Assembly (NCBI GenBank): GCA_051294375.1
Contig: CM119269.1
Location: 21,623,665 to 21,687,664 of the forward strand
Source: Paraspadella gotoi
Lineage: Eukaryota > Animalia > Chaetognatha
DNA: 64,000 nt
Direction of reading: 5' to 3'
The position numbers and the translations under genes were made by a program. Below the pieces are notes generated by a model, which had not been told where the DNA came from, searched no databases, and saw only the letters and a program-made list of their open reading frames with translations. This document shows, piece by piece, positions 41,898 to 54,399 of the stretch (its first letter is position 1; the number at the start of each line of letters is the position of its first letter).

Positions 41898-42024
41898 AGT
41901 CTCTGAGTCTCCCCCACCCGGCGACTTTGCATTGCATCTCTTGGAATTGATCGTCGACGTTTGGAAGACAAATTGAGTTGACGGTCAAATCCTTTGTAGG
42001 CAGCGCCCCTATCGGAGAATCTAG
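41898..42024 (-). CDS. Trypsin-family protease exon
   Basis: Reads LDSPIGALPTKDLTVNSICLPNVDDQFQEMQCKVAGWGRLRD, followed by 'gtgagt'. Confidence 0.93.
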
Positions 42025-42483
42025 CTGTAATGTGGTAGGAAAAACGAAATAGCAATTAAATGTCAGGCAGAGAGATTTCAAAAAATTGCTTGTTTTAAAA
42101 TTATTTTTTTTCAAGATATAAATAATGATTAAGGATAGGCATATGAAATATTTTTTAAATACAGAGGTTAAATCTTGCTTTCACGAAAAAAACCCTCATA
42201 TTATTCATATTTAAAATAAAACTGATATATAAATTTGATATTTAACTATTTGTTTTTTTGATAACGCCTAGTCAAATATTTTGAAAAATAAATAATTTTT
42301 CTGTTTTCATAGCAAAAGTTTTCCAACTTTCAGGTGAGACTCTTTCGCAATATTATTACTTTGTGTTGCGTCGCAGTGATTTTATTTTCACGTGATATGA
42401 CATGACTTTCTTTTCCTGTGTATTTATGACATGCACTGCATCAAAATTCCGTCTTTTATTCCTTATAGTTTTAGGAATTCTTG

Positions 42484-43090
42484 AAGGCGGCGCTAGCAGT
42501 CACTTAGATTTGATGTTTTTTTCTGTCTTAACAAATGAGCAACCAACTATAGGCAAATTATATGCATTTTAACGTGAGTGTGTATGTGGATTCGATCTCG
42601 AGATATCCACATGTAGATTTAATATTTGACATCTTGGCACAGAGAAAGGACAGAATAGGATTGAGTTACATAGACAGAGCCGGTCTAAAAGGTGAATAAC
42701 TGGAAGCAGCCCTGACGGTTGAGGATGGAATCTGCCGATTTCTGATGACTTTAAAGAAAACAAAAGACGTTCAAATAAAGGGTAAAAGATGCCATTTAAA
42801 TATTGGCTGACTTCTAGAATCTGATTTGTAATAAATGCCCGGTGGCGATATCGATAAAGGTGATGTATCATGACCAATGAGTCCCGGGTTCGACACTCGA
42901 TGATGAGACACTATTTATAGATGTTAATCGAAGATTCTATGGCTCTGGATTAATTATTTTATTATAAAAATTATATTAATTTTGTTTCCAAGGGATTGGA
43001 GCTACAAGTGGGACAGACCGACGGACCGACATACCGACGGGCCGAACGACCCGCGGACCGACCGACCGAGTACTCGCTGCGCAACTAAAA
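42484..43090 (+). mobile_element. Degenerate repeat with (GACC/GACG)n block, homologous to 47250-47425 and interrupted by about 430 bp
   Basis: 'aaggcggcgc..cttagatttgat..gagcaac.aactataggcaa' and 'gtgggacagaccgacggaccgacata' occur at both loci. Confidence 0.6.
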
Positions 43091-43879
43091 ACGAAATTGT
43101 CTCAAAATCTTTGAATAGGAATTACCAGTATATATCTTCCTGAAGTTAATATCCTCTCTCCGTCTCTATCTATCTTTCAAAAAACTCTCTCTCTCTCTCT
43201 TTCCTCTCTCTCTCTCTCTCTCTCTCTATCTCTTCAAAGGTCCATGACCTTCTTCTCCGCCACGGAAACCCATTTCCGGTTTGGGCGTGGCGCAAAGCGA
43301 AAGTGTGAATCGAGTCAAATCCTCTTTTACGCTTTCACCAACCCATAAAAATTTTCTTCACTGTGAACGAAATTTCGCGGTGAACTCTTTAATCTTTATC
43401 GGGCTTACCTTGAGGCGTTAGCGCGGTGTGAAGATATTTATTTTTTTTTTGTAAAATTAGAAATTAAAATTGGTTTTCAAATTATAATTTTTATTTTAAA
43501 TTCTATTAATATTTAAAAATATTAAATAGAATTTTTAAATAATTTTTTAAATAATTAAATTAATAACCATTTATCCTTATTAGAAATATGTTTTTTATTA
43601 AATTCAGATATTCATTTTAAAATATGTAAAAAGTATTTTTTCAGATCATTTTGTTTAAAAATTAAATATCATAATTCAAAATTTTTCTAAATAATATTTA
43701 TTATTTATAGATTTTTTTTATAATTATGATTCTTAACCTCATTCATAATTTTCAAAGCCGTTTTCAATTTTAAAAAGTAATACTTTTGCATTTCCTTCTT
43801 TATTTCTTTTTTTAAAAATGTTTATGTAATTCTATTTATATTGATAAGATTAGATCGAGTTTCTACTATTAATTATATA

Positions 43880-44003
<124 letters not shown>

Positions 44004-44584
44004 TCTAGGAAAAAAGTATATGACATAATTCATTTATTCAATAAAAAGTATAAAAAACATGGGTAAAACATCATGATGACATTCTCAATATTTGGTATAC
44101 CCTTCCACGGCATCAACTACTGCCTGCCTTTGTCTGGGTATGCTCTTATACAGCAAATTGAGGTATGACAGTAAAATGTTTTTCGAGATCTTTAACGCAA
44201 TTCTGCGCAGCCCCGATATTAATGTTGCGCATCTTTCCCTCTTTTCTGAGAGCGATAATAATAGTTTTTTGAACCAGAAAGAGGTGCAAGGCCTTTAGCA
44301 TTGCCAAATTAAAAAATAGTTAAAAAATAACTAACTCTATTTAAAATAAAAACAAATAACTAAATACCAAAAATGGTGGAAAATAAAATACTTTTTTTTC
44401 ACCATTTTTCATTTGAAGTAAAAATAGTTATTTGCCTGTAACTTCTAAACGATTAGTCAAAAAAAGGAAGCTACTGAAAGGAAATTCAATATAGATTCGG
44501 AAACATTCTTTTTTTTTTTTAAATTAAATAAGTTTTCTAGTAGATATCTTTTATTAAAAATGTCATATTTAAAATTAAACTTAC

Positions 44585-44735
44585 TTTAACGAGAGCGATA
44601 TCGTTCCTGTTCATATAAGGGTCGTAATTCTCATGAACAATAAGTTTTTCAACTTTTCTCCAAATTTCTGTTCCTTCATCTGCGACCAAATCGTGTTCAG
44701 CGAGAAGGACCTTCCAGTTGGATGGCTTGTTGAAT
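44585..44735 (-). CDS. Trypsin-family protease exon: catalytic Asp
   Basis: Reads FNKPSNWKVLLAEHDL...LIVHENYDPYMNRNDIALVK, followed by 'gtaagt'. Confidence 0.95.
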
Positions 44736-44736
44736 C

Positions 44737-44785
<49 letters not shown>

Positions 44786-44912
44786 GAAAAATAGCGGGAG
44801 CATTCAAATAATACATTTTCATCGTCGTGCAAACTCCCAGAAAAGCTCTTTCAGCGAAAAACAAAGTGCACAATACCCCTCCATCCCCCTGGCTATTTTC
44901 CCCCTTCCTGAC

Positions 44913-45138
44913 CCCAAAAAGCAATGCGCCGCTGTGAGGACGAAGCTGGGATGAATCACAGCTCCACCGCATTGGTGCTCGTCGATTCCGTAGTCGGCGT
45001 CTTCGACCCACAATGACGCCAACCACGGGAATTCGTGTGGGCGCGCCTCCACGCCACCCACAATCTTGTCCGGTGCATCTCGTGGCCGGTTGTTGGTGAT
45101 ACCATCCGGACAGCTGGCAGGATTTCTGAATGAGTCGG
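44913..45138 (-). CDS. Trypsin-family (S1A) serine protease exon: activation site and catalytic His
   Basis: Reads DK|IVGGVEARPHEFPWLASL...CGGAVIHPSFVLTAAHCF; AG acceptor, GT donor. The upstream signal-peptide exon was not found. Confidence 0.95.
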
Positions 45139-45211
45139 CTGAAGCGAGGTAGTAAGATAGATCCGCGGGAAGGAATGTCATCTCTCTCTTCTCTCTCTCT
45201 CTCCTCTTCTC

Positions 45212-45243
<32 letters not shown>

Positions 45244-45417
45244 GTCTCTCCTCTCGTTCTCTCTCTCTCTCTCCTCTCCTCTCTCTCTCTCTCTCTCGTC
45301 TGTCTTCTCTTCTTCGCTCTCATCTCTCCTCTCTCTCTCTCTCTCTCTTCCTCTCTCTCTCTCTCTCCTCCTCTCTCTCTCTCTCTCCTCTCTCTCTCCC
45401 TCTCTCTCTCCTCTCTC

Positions 45418-45454
<37 letters not shown>

Positions 45455-46422
45455 CTCACCGCTCATTTTCCCGTCGTCTCCCTCCAGTCAAGCGCGGCGT
45501 CAGCTATCCCCGCGTCAAAGAATTCAACAACAAACAAAACAAAAATCATATCTATTAAACCCCCACTACACCCTGTTTTTTATATTTTTTTAAATGCGGG
45601 ATACTTAGGGAAAAAATAAACGAGTTGATAACACGTTCTATATTTATACATTATTTAACATCAAATATTAAGTATATAACAATTCTTAAATCTATGTTTT
45701 TTTTTGTGAATGTACGTAAAAAATAAACTTCAAAAAAAAAATTCTTATTTAATTTTTTGATTTATTGCCAACATTGTTGAAGAAATAGTATGATAAATTG
45801 ACAAGTTTTTCATCTATTAGTGCCAAAATAGCCATTGAGCATACACACGCGAGACTCACCCGCGGCTGGCTCACACTAGACGGACGCATTGCAATTACAT
45901 TATTAAATTTTTATACAGTGAAAAAAGGTCCATTAAGAAAAGAATTTCTATACTGCTCACTCCTCCATTTTCTGCTGTTATCATGGTAATTTCTTTTTTT
46001 AATAACGAGATTCCGTCCCGCGTATTTAGCCTGAGAACACAGAAAAAACTCGAGGGAAAGACAGTTTGTCATAAAAGACAAATTTATCAAATCTTTACAT
46101 TTGAAAACAACATAAGGACAAACAAAATTTATGAATGTGGCAAATTCTCGCATTGGTTAATTTGGCTCTGAAAACACAAAGCTGAAATACATCTTGCTGA
46201 ATAATGATTTCGTCGGTATTGATAATTAAACTATAGCCGTACTTGAACAATTTATACACAATTAAAATTAAATTGGACTTTTTTTCAACGTTGTCTTACT
46301 TATTAATTCCATGGGACCATATAAATCCTATATATTATTATATTTTAAATAAATATTCAATAAATATTCTTAATATAAAATAGACCTCTGATGCAACAAA
46401 ACTGTATCTCTTTTCCTTTCAG

Positions 46423-46553
46423 CGAATTGGAGGCAACAGTCGAAGAGATTCGCAATAAAGTGATCAACGAACATTGTCTTATCAACGCGAGTTCCATCGA
46501 GACTCTCGCTCTAAACCTCAACACAATATCCGAAGCTTATGGAGAACTTAAAA
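46423..46553 (+). CDS. AIP3-domain exon
   Basis: 'tttcag|c' to '|gtaaga'. Reads ELEATVEEIRNKVINEHCLINASSIETLALNLNTISEAYGELK, matching the family motif LE..VE.LR..VIN..C. Phase 2 in, phase 1 out. Confidence 0.85.
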
Positions 46554-46727
46554 GTAAGATATTAATAAAAACGACACATCAAAATAACTTAAACTCAACA
46601 CAATATCCGAAGCTTATGGGGAACTTAAAAGTAAGATATTAATAAAAATGACACATCGAAATAACTTCACCTTAACACAATCATTTTAAGATAATGATGA
46701 CGACGACGACGATGATTGCGACGATGA

Positions 46728-46775
<48 letters not shown>

Positions 46776-47249
46776 AGACGACGACGTGTCCATCACCCAC
46801 AACAACGAATGTAAGATATTTTTTCAAGATGTGATTCATTGATGAAGATGTTATTTTTTGGAATTCTTTTTCTGCCTGCACGTAAAGACCGCAAAAAATT
46901 ACTACTTCAATGAATCACCAAATGTCTAACGAACCTAAATTATTTTCATATTTTTTTTAACGAAGATCAGTTTTGTAGGGAAAAAGGAACGTTTTAATTT
47001 TTATTTAGGTTAAGAAATAAATCTTTAAATAAATTTTTTAATAAATTTTGATAGATTTGTAAATAAAAACAAGACTGAGCAAACTATGCCGGATCTGCCC
47101 ACAATCATTAGCGGTAAGCAGCTGATAAGATAATTAATTAATTAATTTATTAATAAATTAAATAAAATAAAAATAAAAAAAATAAAAATATTACAAATTT
47201 TTAATTTTATTCATGTAAAAATCGTTTTCCAAGATTTCTTTAAAAACAA

Positions 47250-47425
47250 AAGGCGGCGCCAGTAGTCGCTTAGATTTGATTTTTAACAAGTGAGCAACAA
47301 ACTATAGGCAAGTTATAAGCGTTTTTAACTTACGTGGGACAGACCGACGGACCGACATAACGACGGACCGACCGACCGACGGACCGATCGACCAACCGAA
47401 GTGACTTATAGAGTTGCTCTGCGAG
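47250..47425 (+). mobile_element. Second copy of the (GACC/GACG)n repeat, DINE-1/Helentron-associated style
   Basis: Tetranucleotide array followed by 'gtgacttatagagttgc'. The family assignment is inference. Confidence 0.5.
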
Positions 47426-48133
47426 TATTAATTAATCAAATAATTAATAAGTTAATAAATCAATTAATCAATTAATTAATAAATAATTAATTAATCGGTC
47501 AATTAATCAATCCATTAATTATTCAATCAATCAATTTGTAAATTAATTAATTATTAATAAATTAATCAATCAATCAAGTCATCGTCGTCGTTGCTTTTGT
47601 TGTGGTAAGTAATGAAAAGACCTAAAAACAAACATTTAGGATGAAATTAATTAATTTATTAATTCAATTAATATTTTAGTTTATATAGTTTGTATTAATT
47701 AATTAATTAATTACTGCTAATGATTCGTGATCCAACATTGTTTGCTCAAACTTGTTTCCATTTTAACTCATTTCCACTCGGACTATTCTATCGAAACTTG
47801 ATTTCCCACTCAAATACACACTTTCCTACCCACACACAAAATTTAATTTCAATCACGAGTAATTGGTGTTTTTTGCTAAGGTGGGTCCGACAAACATACT
47901 GACAGACAGACAGACGGACGGACGGACATCATTTTTTTTTTTTTGCATAATTTATCATAATTTGATGTTCTGACTTGATATAAGTGAATGCCCGACAAGA
48001 TTGAGGGGGCGGACCGACGGACCGACAAAGTGAATTATCGAGCCGGAATCTGCGATAATTCCGACGAACTTTATAGGTAAACGTAGTAACTGTTAGTACG
48101 TTTACCAACAGCGCATGCTGACTATTTTGCGGC

Positions 48134-48220
<87 letters not shown>

Positions 48221-48708
48221 CCTCTCTCTCTCTCTCTCTCTCTCACGCCCCTCGCTCAGCCTTCCATGCAAGAATGGATTTTCATTTAGTAAAAAACCAT
48301 AAAATTGTTAAAAGTGGAGACATTTACCAGAGCAAGTGTTAAAAGGGAGAGACAGAAAGATGAGGCAAAGTTTGGCTAAAAAAAATATTGCGATTTAAAA
48401 TGAGAAAAAGTGGAGGGATATATGAAGAAGACGCAAAGCAAAGTGAAAAAGCAACACCGAAGCAAAAAGCTTTAAAAAACATCTAGCATTAAAGCAAAGC
48501 AAATAAAAATAAGAAATGGAGCAGGAAAAAAACCTAAGCAAAGCAGCGTAAAGTTAAAAGAAAGCAAAAAAAATGATAATAAAGTAAAGCAAAGAAAAAC
48601 AAACATAAAACCAAAATAAAACGTCAAAGCAAAGCAAAAGGAACGTAACTAGTTCATGCACCAGCAATCATAAAGCAATTAAACATGCTATGTATCCACA
48701 TTTCACAG

Positions 48709-49180
48709 TAAAGCGTAGCAAAACTATATAAATCAAGTGAATCAAATTTGAATAGTAGATCATGAAAAGTGAACATTTAAAAAAAAAAAAACAGTTATTT
48801 ATATATATTTTCGCATAAGCCCATATTTGTACCTAGTACTCACCATTATTATTAATTATAACTACTAATTAAATTTTAGTATAAAAATTTTTTTTTTAAT
48901 TTTTGGCTAACTTAATAAAATATTTTTTGATTAAGACTTATATTTTCTTCTATAAACTTTTTATGAGGAATTCGAATCTGCTTTCAAAACTAAGAAAAAA
49001 ATATTTTAAAATTTAGACATTTTTATGGTATATGTGTAATTGTGTATAAATATGGGCGTATGCAAAAATTTAGAAATTTAAAAACAATTATTTTTATATA
49101 TCAATGTTCTTTAGTCCAAAACTGTTCAATGTTCATGATTAACTTTTAGAATTTTGATCTGCAACTTTCACTACGCCTTA
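48709..49180. mobile_element. Foldback MITE, copy 1
   Basis: Ends 'taaagcgtag' and 'ctacgcctta'. Internal blocks shared with 49278-51110 ('gaggaattc.aatctgc', 'acttttagaatttt'). Confidence 0.65.
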
Positions 49181-49851
49181 ATCCACAGTTATCACTGTTT
49201 AATCCAAAAATTGATGAGTGATTCAATAATCTTATTATAAAGATTAATTTTTAAGGATCACATAGATACATATATACTAAGGCGTAGTAAAATTTCTAAA
49301 TTTAACTTTAATTAAAATTCTAAAAGTGAGGAACATTTATGTAATAAAAAAATTTCTAAATTTAACTTTAATTAAAATTCTAAAAGTGAGGAACATTTAT
49401 GTAATAAAAAAATTTATAATAAATTTTACAATTTATGCAGTAGGCCATATTTATACTAGTTCTAAACCAATAAATGTTAAAATTTCAAAACATTTTTTTT
49501 AAAGATTTTTTTGCAGATTTGGATTTGTCATAAAAAGTTGATAAAAATAAAAATAACTCTTTTTGAAAAATTCCTTCATTAAGTAGGTCAAAAATTAGAA
49601 AAAACTATATTTTAAGCTGAAAATTAATTTTTTATATATTAAATATAGTTTTTTTAAATTTTAACCCACTTAATGAAATAATTTTTAAAAATGATTTATA
49701 TTTTCTTTTATCAACTTTTGACGAGGAATTCAAATCTGCAATCAAAATTTAAAAAAGGCTATTTTGAAATTTTTCGATTTTATAAGAATAGTACTTAATT
49801 AAAAAAAAAAAAGGGAAAATTTTCGTGGAACAACAATAAAGTTTTTTATTA

Positions 49852-49896
49852 ACTTTGGACATGTTTCGGCTCACACAACCTCAGCCTTCAGCATCT
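49852..49896 (-). ncRNA. Degenerate hammerhead motif in the opposite arm
   Basis: Minus strand reads CTGA-aGGCT...AGCC-GAAACATGTC. Helix II is intact, but 3 nt of CTGATGA are missing. Confidence 0.45.
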
Positions 49897-50837
49897 GAAA
49901 TCACAAATAATTTATTTCACAAACATTGAGAGGAGAGGAGAGAGAGAAGAGAGGAGAGAGAGAGAGGGAGAGTTCCAACAAAGATTTAGTAAAGGAAAGT
50001 GGTCAGATGCGAGGACAGGTGAAGATGAGGACAGGGATGAAAAGGAGAGTGAATGTGAAATTGGTGAAAAGGGAAGAGAGAGGGAGAGAGAAGACACAGA
50101 GAGAGAGAAATAATAGTATACATTAGCAATGTACAACAAAGATAAATAGTATTATAAACTAGACATAACAAAGATTGAAATAAATTTAATTAGGCTGTTT
50201 GTGCATTTTTGAAATAGTGAATATTGAAATATTGAAAATGAAATGGAAAAAGGATAGTTTGTGAGGGATAGTTAAGATAAAGAGGTAAGAGAAAAAATAA
50301 GTAAAGAAAGAGCTCAAAGTGAGCTGGCCCCCCCCAGCCGGGCAAATGAGGGATATTACTGATGAATTTCGGTTCATAGGCCTGTCATAGGTTGAGAGAG
50401 TATTGTGGTGGAGTTAGTTAGGCTGGGATCTGGTAATGACCCACCTGGAAAAATGCCCAGTGCCACTCGAATGTCTCTCTGACCTGATAAGCCTGCCGAA
50501 TGCCCTCCTCTCACCTGACGGTGAGGCGGGCGATTGCCGGTTCTGGCCTGTTTTTGGTACAGGAGATAAGATTCTCTCCCCTTCCTCCTGCAGCCGTCGT
50601 TTTGGGCGACCTCGGTACGAGGAGAGTCGTGCCAAGTTGCTGCAGGCTTGGGTGAGGCATCAGGTACCATTGCCTGCTGAGAGGTCTCCGCCTGACCCGT
50701 TGAGTGGGGACAGGGGAGTCACCGTGCGCTGTGGTGGCGTTGGGTGCTCCACCACAGTTTTGATAAGCGAATCATAGCTTGGAGGGAGGTCGAATCTCTC
50801 TCTCTCAATGTTTGTGAAATAAATTATTTGTGATTTC

Positions 50838-50882
50838 AGATGCTGATGAAGGCTTGAGTTGTGACCGAAACATGTCCAAAGT
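50838..50882 (+). ncRNA. Minimal type I hammerhead ribozyme motif
   Basis: CTGATGA (50843-50849) ... GAAAC-AT-GTC (50867-50876) with palindromic ACATGT helix III. Helices I and II are imperfect in this copy. Confidence 0.6.
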
Positions 50883-51136
50883 TAATAAAAAACTTTATTG
50901 TTGTTCCACGAAAATTTTCGTTTTTAATTAATCTCAAACAAACAACAAAAGAAAGGATTAATACAAAGAATAGTACTATATATAAATATATAGCCTACTG
51001 CAAAAATTAAAAAACATAAAATTTTTTTTTTACAAATTAATGTTCACTAATGGTATGTTGTTCATAATTGACTTTTAGAATTTTCGAATGTAACTTTCCA
51101 CATCGCCTTAATATATACATATGACACATATTGTCA

Positions 51137-51182
51137 AATTGCGCTGAATAAGACTCGAATTGAGTCGAAACATGTACGAATT
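51137..51182 (+). ncRNA. Hammerhead-like motif from a different family, with a G8-to-T core change
   Basis: aattgcg-CTGAATA-a-GACTC gaatt GAGTC-GAAACATGTA-cgaatt: perfect 5-bp helix II and a helix I with one bulge. Confidence 0.5.
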
Positions 51183-51389
51183 TATTAAAATATCGTTGTT
51201 TTAATAATATAAAATAACTATTTTACTTTGTAACGAAGGGATCATATTGAAAAAACATTATTGTTGTAACTTTAAACCTTCAAAACTTTTTCCTTCAAAA
51301 TGTTTTTTTTTAAATTTTATTTTTCCTGATTTTGTCTCTTCTCAATTTTTTAAAGCAATAGAAATTCGAGTTTTCACTGGTTACAAGAG

Positions 51390-51448
<59 letters not shown>

Positions 51449-51832
51449 ATATTGATAAACAGAGAGAAAGAGACGGAATTGTATCTTCAATTTTTAGCTT
51501 CACATTATTTTTACTTTTTTTATTTAGAGAGTTCCGTCCCCTAAGAATCGTAAAGAGAAAAAGAGTAAAAGAGACTGGATTTTTTTTCTTTTTCTTTTCC
51601 TCCTTTACACTTCTTCACACACAGACTCATAGACACACAGACAGACTCTCTCTCTCTCCCTTTTTTTGAATCTGTCTTCTTTTTTCTCTCTCTGGTTTTC
51701 TCTCTCTTTCTCATTCTCTCTATCTCTCTTTATCTTATCTCTCTTGGTTTCTTTCTTTCTTTTTTTATTTCTCTCTCTCTCTTCTCTCTCTCTCTTCCAT
51801 CCGTCTCTCGTCTCTCTTCTGCTCTCAGTCAT

Positions 51833-51868
<36 letters not shown>

Positions 51869-51882
51869 CTCTCCTCTATCTT

Positions 51883-51929
<47 letters not shown>

Positions 51930-52419
51930 ATCTTTACCACCTTTATCTCACTCTCTTTTTTTTGCAAGTGTTAAAAGAAATCGCAACTCATTTCTTTTTT
52001 TTCTCTTTAAAAAAAAAGAAACATTCCCTTTGCCTTTTGTTTTGTTTTTTTCTCTTTCGTCACGTTTTACAAAGGTTTTTTAGCAGCCGAAGCGACATCT
52101 TCCGCTTCCTGCGTCTCTTCCTCCTCCTCCTCCTCCTCCTCTTCCCTCCTCTCTTCCCTCTTCTCTCGCCCTTCCGCCTTTTCCGGTTTCATTTCTCACG
52201 CAGCGTTGACTTTCTTCCCTCCTGCCGCTGCCGCCGCCGTCGCCGCTGCCGTCTGGCTACCGCTGCTGCTGCTAAACTGCTGCTCCGCCCGCGCTTTGTT
52301 ACATTATAACGTCGCGACGGCGTTTTTGAAATGTCAGCATCGAGGTTTTAAGTTTCACTACGACGAGTTCAGGTGTGAAGAGATTTTTCCGCTCAAAGGA
52401 GAAACGCTACTTTTTTTTT

Positions 52420-52689
52420 CTTTCTTGTTATCTCTCTCTCTCTCTCATTCTCTCTCTGTCTTCTCTCTCTCTTTCTCTCTTCTCTCTATCACTCTCCCTT
52501 TTTCTCTCCTTCCCGTCCCTCCCTTTCTCTCTCTCTCTGTCTCTATCTCTCTCTCTCTATCACTCCCCTTTTTCCTCTCCTTCCTTCCCTCTCTCTTTCT
52601 CTCTCTCTCTCTCTCTTCTTCTCTCTCTCTCTCTCTCTCTCTTATCACGCTCCCTTTTTTCTCTCCCTCCCTCCCTCCTCTTTCTCTCA

Positions 52690-52746
<57 letters not shown>

Positions 52747-52892
52747 ACTCTCCTTTTTCTCTCCTTCCCTCCCTCCTTTCTCTTCACTCTCTCTCTCCTC
52801 TCTCTCTCTCTCTCTTCTTTCTCTTCTCTTCTGTCTCTATCTATCTCTCTCTCTCTCTCTCTCTCTCTTATCACTCTCCTTTTTCTCTCCTT

Positions 52893-52941
<49 letters not shown>

Positions 52942-53033
52942 ATCACCGTCCCTTTTTCTCTCCTTCCCTCCCTCCTTTCTCATCTCTCTCTCTCTCTCTC
53001 TCCTCTCGTCTCTCTTTTTCTTCTCTCTCTCTG

Positions 53034-53072
<39 letters not shown>

Positions 53073-53120
53073 CTCTCTCCCTTTTTCTCTCCTTCCTTCC
53101 CTCTCTCTTTCTCTCTCACT

Positions 53121-53168
<48 letters not shown>

Positions 53169-53230
53169 GCTCCCTTTTTCTCTCCTTCCTCCCTCCCTCT
53201 GCCTTCTGTCTACATCTCTTTCTCTCTGAG
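52420..53230. repeat. Long (CT)n-rich polypyrimidine satellite
   Basis: (CT)n interspersed with a recurring 'tatcactctcc(c)tttttctctccttccctc' unit. Confidence 0.95.
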
Positions 53231-54117
53231 CCTCATTAATCTTTCTCCACTCTTTCTTTAACAAACCCTCTCCTAGCCTATCTTCTGTCTCTCTCTCCAC
53301 CTCCGCCGACAAAACTTCTCCTCCCGTCACACACCGTCCCTTCGCCCTATCTGCCCCTATCTCTCTCTCTGTCTCTCTCTCTCTGTCTCCCTCTAAAACT
53401 CCCCAATAAAATAATTCTTTATGGGTCTGGCAAAAAAGAAACTTTTTTTCCTTGAGCTCAAGACATCGATGAGGTTCCAATTAGCCAAACGATTATTGGC
53501 GTCTCAAGTTTAATTCCACTGGGAGAGTATGGTAGTGAGGGGGTGAGGGGGTGAGGGCTGGGCTTTGGAGGGGGGCTAAGTGGGCGTGCCCCGGCGTGGG
53601 GAATGGAGGGAAAAGGTGAATATGAGGGGATGGGTGGACCTATGTTTTGCAAAAAGAGGATGGATGCTGAGATCTAGGCCTCCATCACTCTTAAAAGATA
53701 ATGACCTAGCAGGTCCCTGCAAGTTTTCAATCTCGACTCTCTCACAGTCTCGTTTATTCATTCCAAAAGTAGCTGGCTTCTCTATCGATAGTGGTATAAT
53801 ATTTCAAAGAATTATAAAATTAAGTATAAAATTACCACTTCCTTATAATTAAGAAACAACTTTCACAATTAAATGACGTTAAGGATCTAAGGACCTAAGG
53901 TGGCTTCAATCAAACCTTTATGAGTTTCAAAAATCTAGTAATAATAATAATTTTTTTATAAACACAAATAGGTTAATTGGTTTTAAATGGAATTTCGTAT
54001 TATAAGAAGGAAGCTGTAGTAAAAAGAGAGAGGAGATATGAAAATTGTATTGATAGGGAGAGAGATGAGAGAGAGAGAGAGAGAAGAGGCAGGAGGAGAG
54101 GAGAGAGGAGGAGAGAT

Positions 54118-54158
<41 letters not shown>

Positions 54159-54305
54159 AGATGAGATATTCCCTAGACGCTCCTTGAAATCGTTGGCCTG
54201 AAACAAAAAGAAATAAATAAATGAAAGAAATAAATGAAAGAGAAAGAATCAAAGCGAATCGCAAGTAAAGGAAATGAGAAAGAAAACTCTGGGGGGGCGG
54301 GCTTT

Positions 54306-54389
<84 letters not shown>

Positions 54390-54399
54390 AAGAGAGGAA

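Larger units (their letters stand above)
49796..50965 (-). mobile_element. 5'-truncated Penelope-like element with inverted terminal repeats (49815-49932 and 50800-50920)
   Basis: ~115-bp inverted arms; 12-bp direct flanks AAGAATAGTACT (49784-49795 and 50966-50977); minus-strand peptide FDLPPSYDSLIK resembles the end of a Penelope-like ORF; hammerhead motifs in both arms. Confidence 0.7.
49278..51110. mobile_element. Foldback MITE, copy 2, split by a Penelope-like insertion
   Basis: Ends 'taaggcg' and 'cgcctta'. Arms are mirror images ('tgcagtaggccatattt' vs 'atatagcctactgca'; 'gcagatttggattt' vs 'aattcaaatctgc'). Contains a 60-bp tandem duplication at ~49289-49410. Confidence 0.75.

Noticed and set aside
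42841-42905. Possible SINE head (TGGCGATATCG...GGGTTCGACAC)
   Set aside because: Only a B-box-like word with a weak A box, and no second copy in the window.
46681-46881. Hydrophobic minus-strand ORF as the protease signal-peptide exon
   Set aside because: The Val/Ile run comes from a (GAC/GAT)n trinucleotide repeat, and no suitable phase-1 donor was seen.
52375-53261. 284-351-aa Leu/Ser-rich ORFs, and the many SLSLSL or RERERE ORFs elsewhere
   Set aside because: They are translations of (CT)n/(GA)n microsatellites, which lack stop codons by composition.
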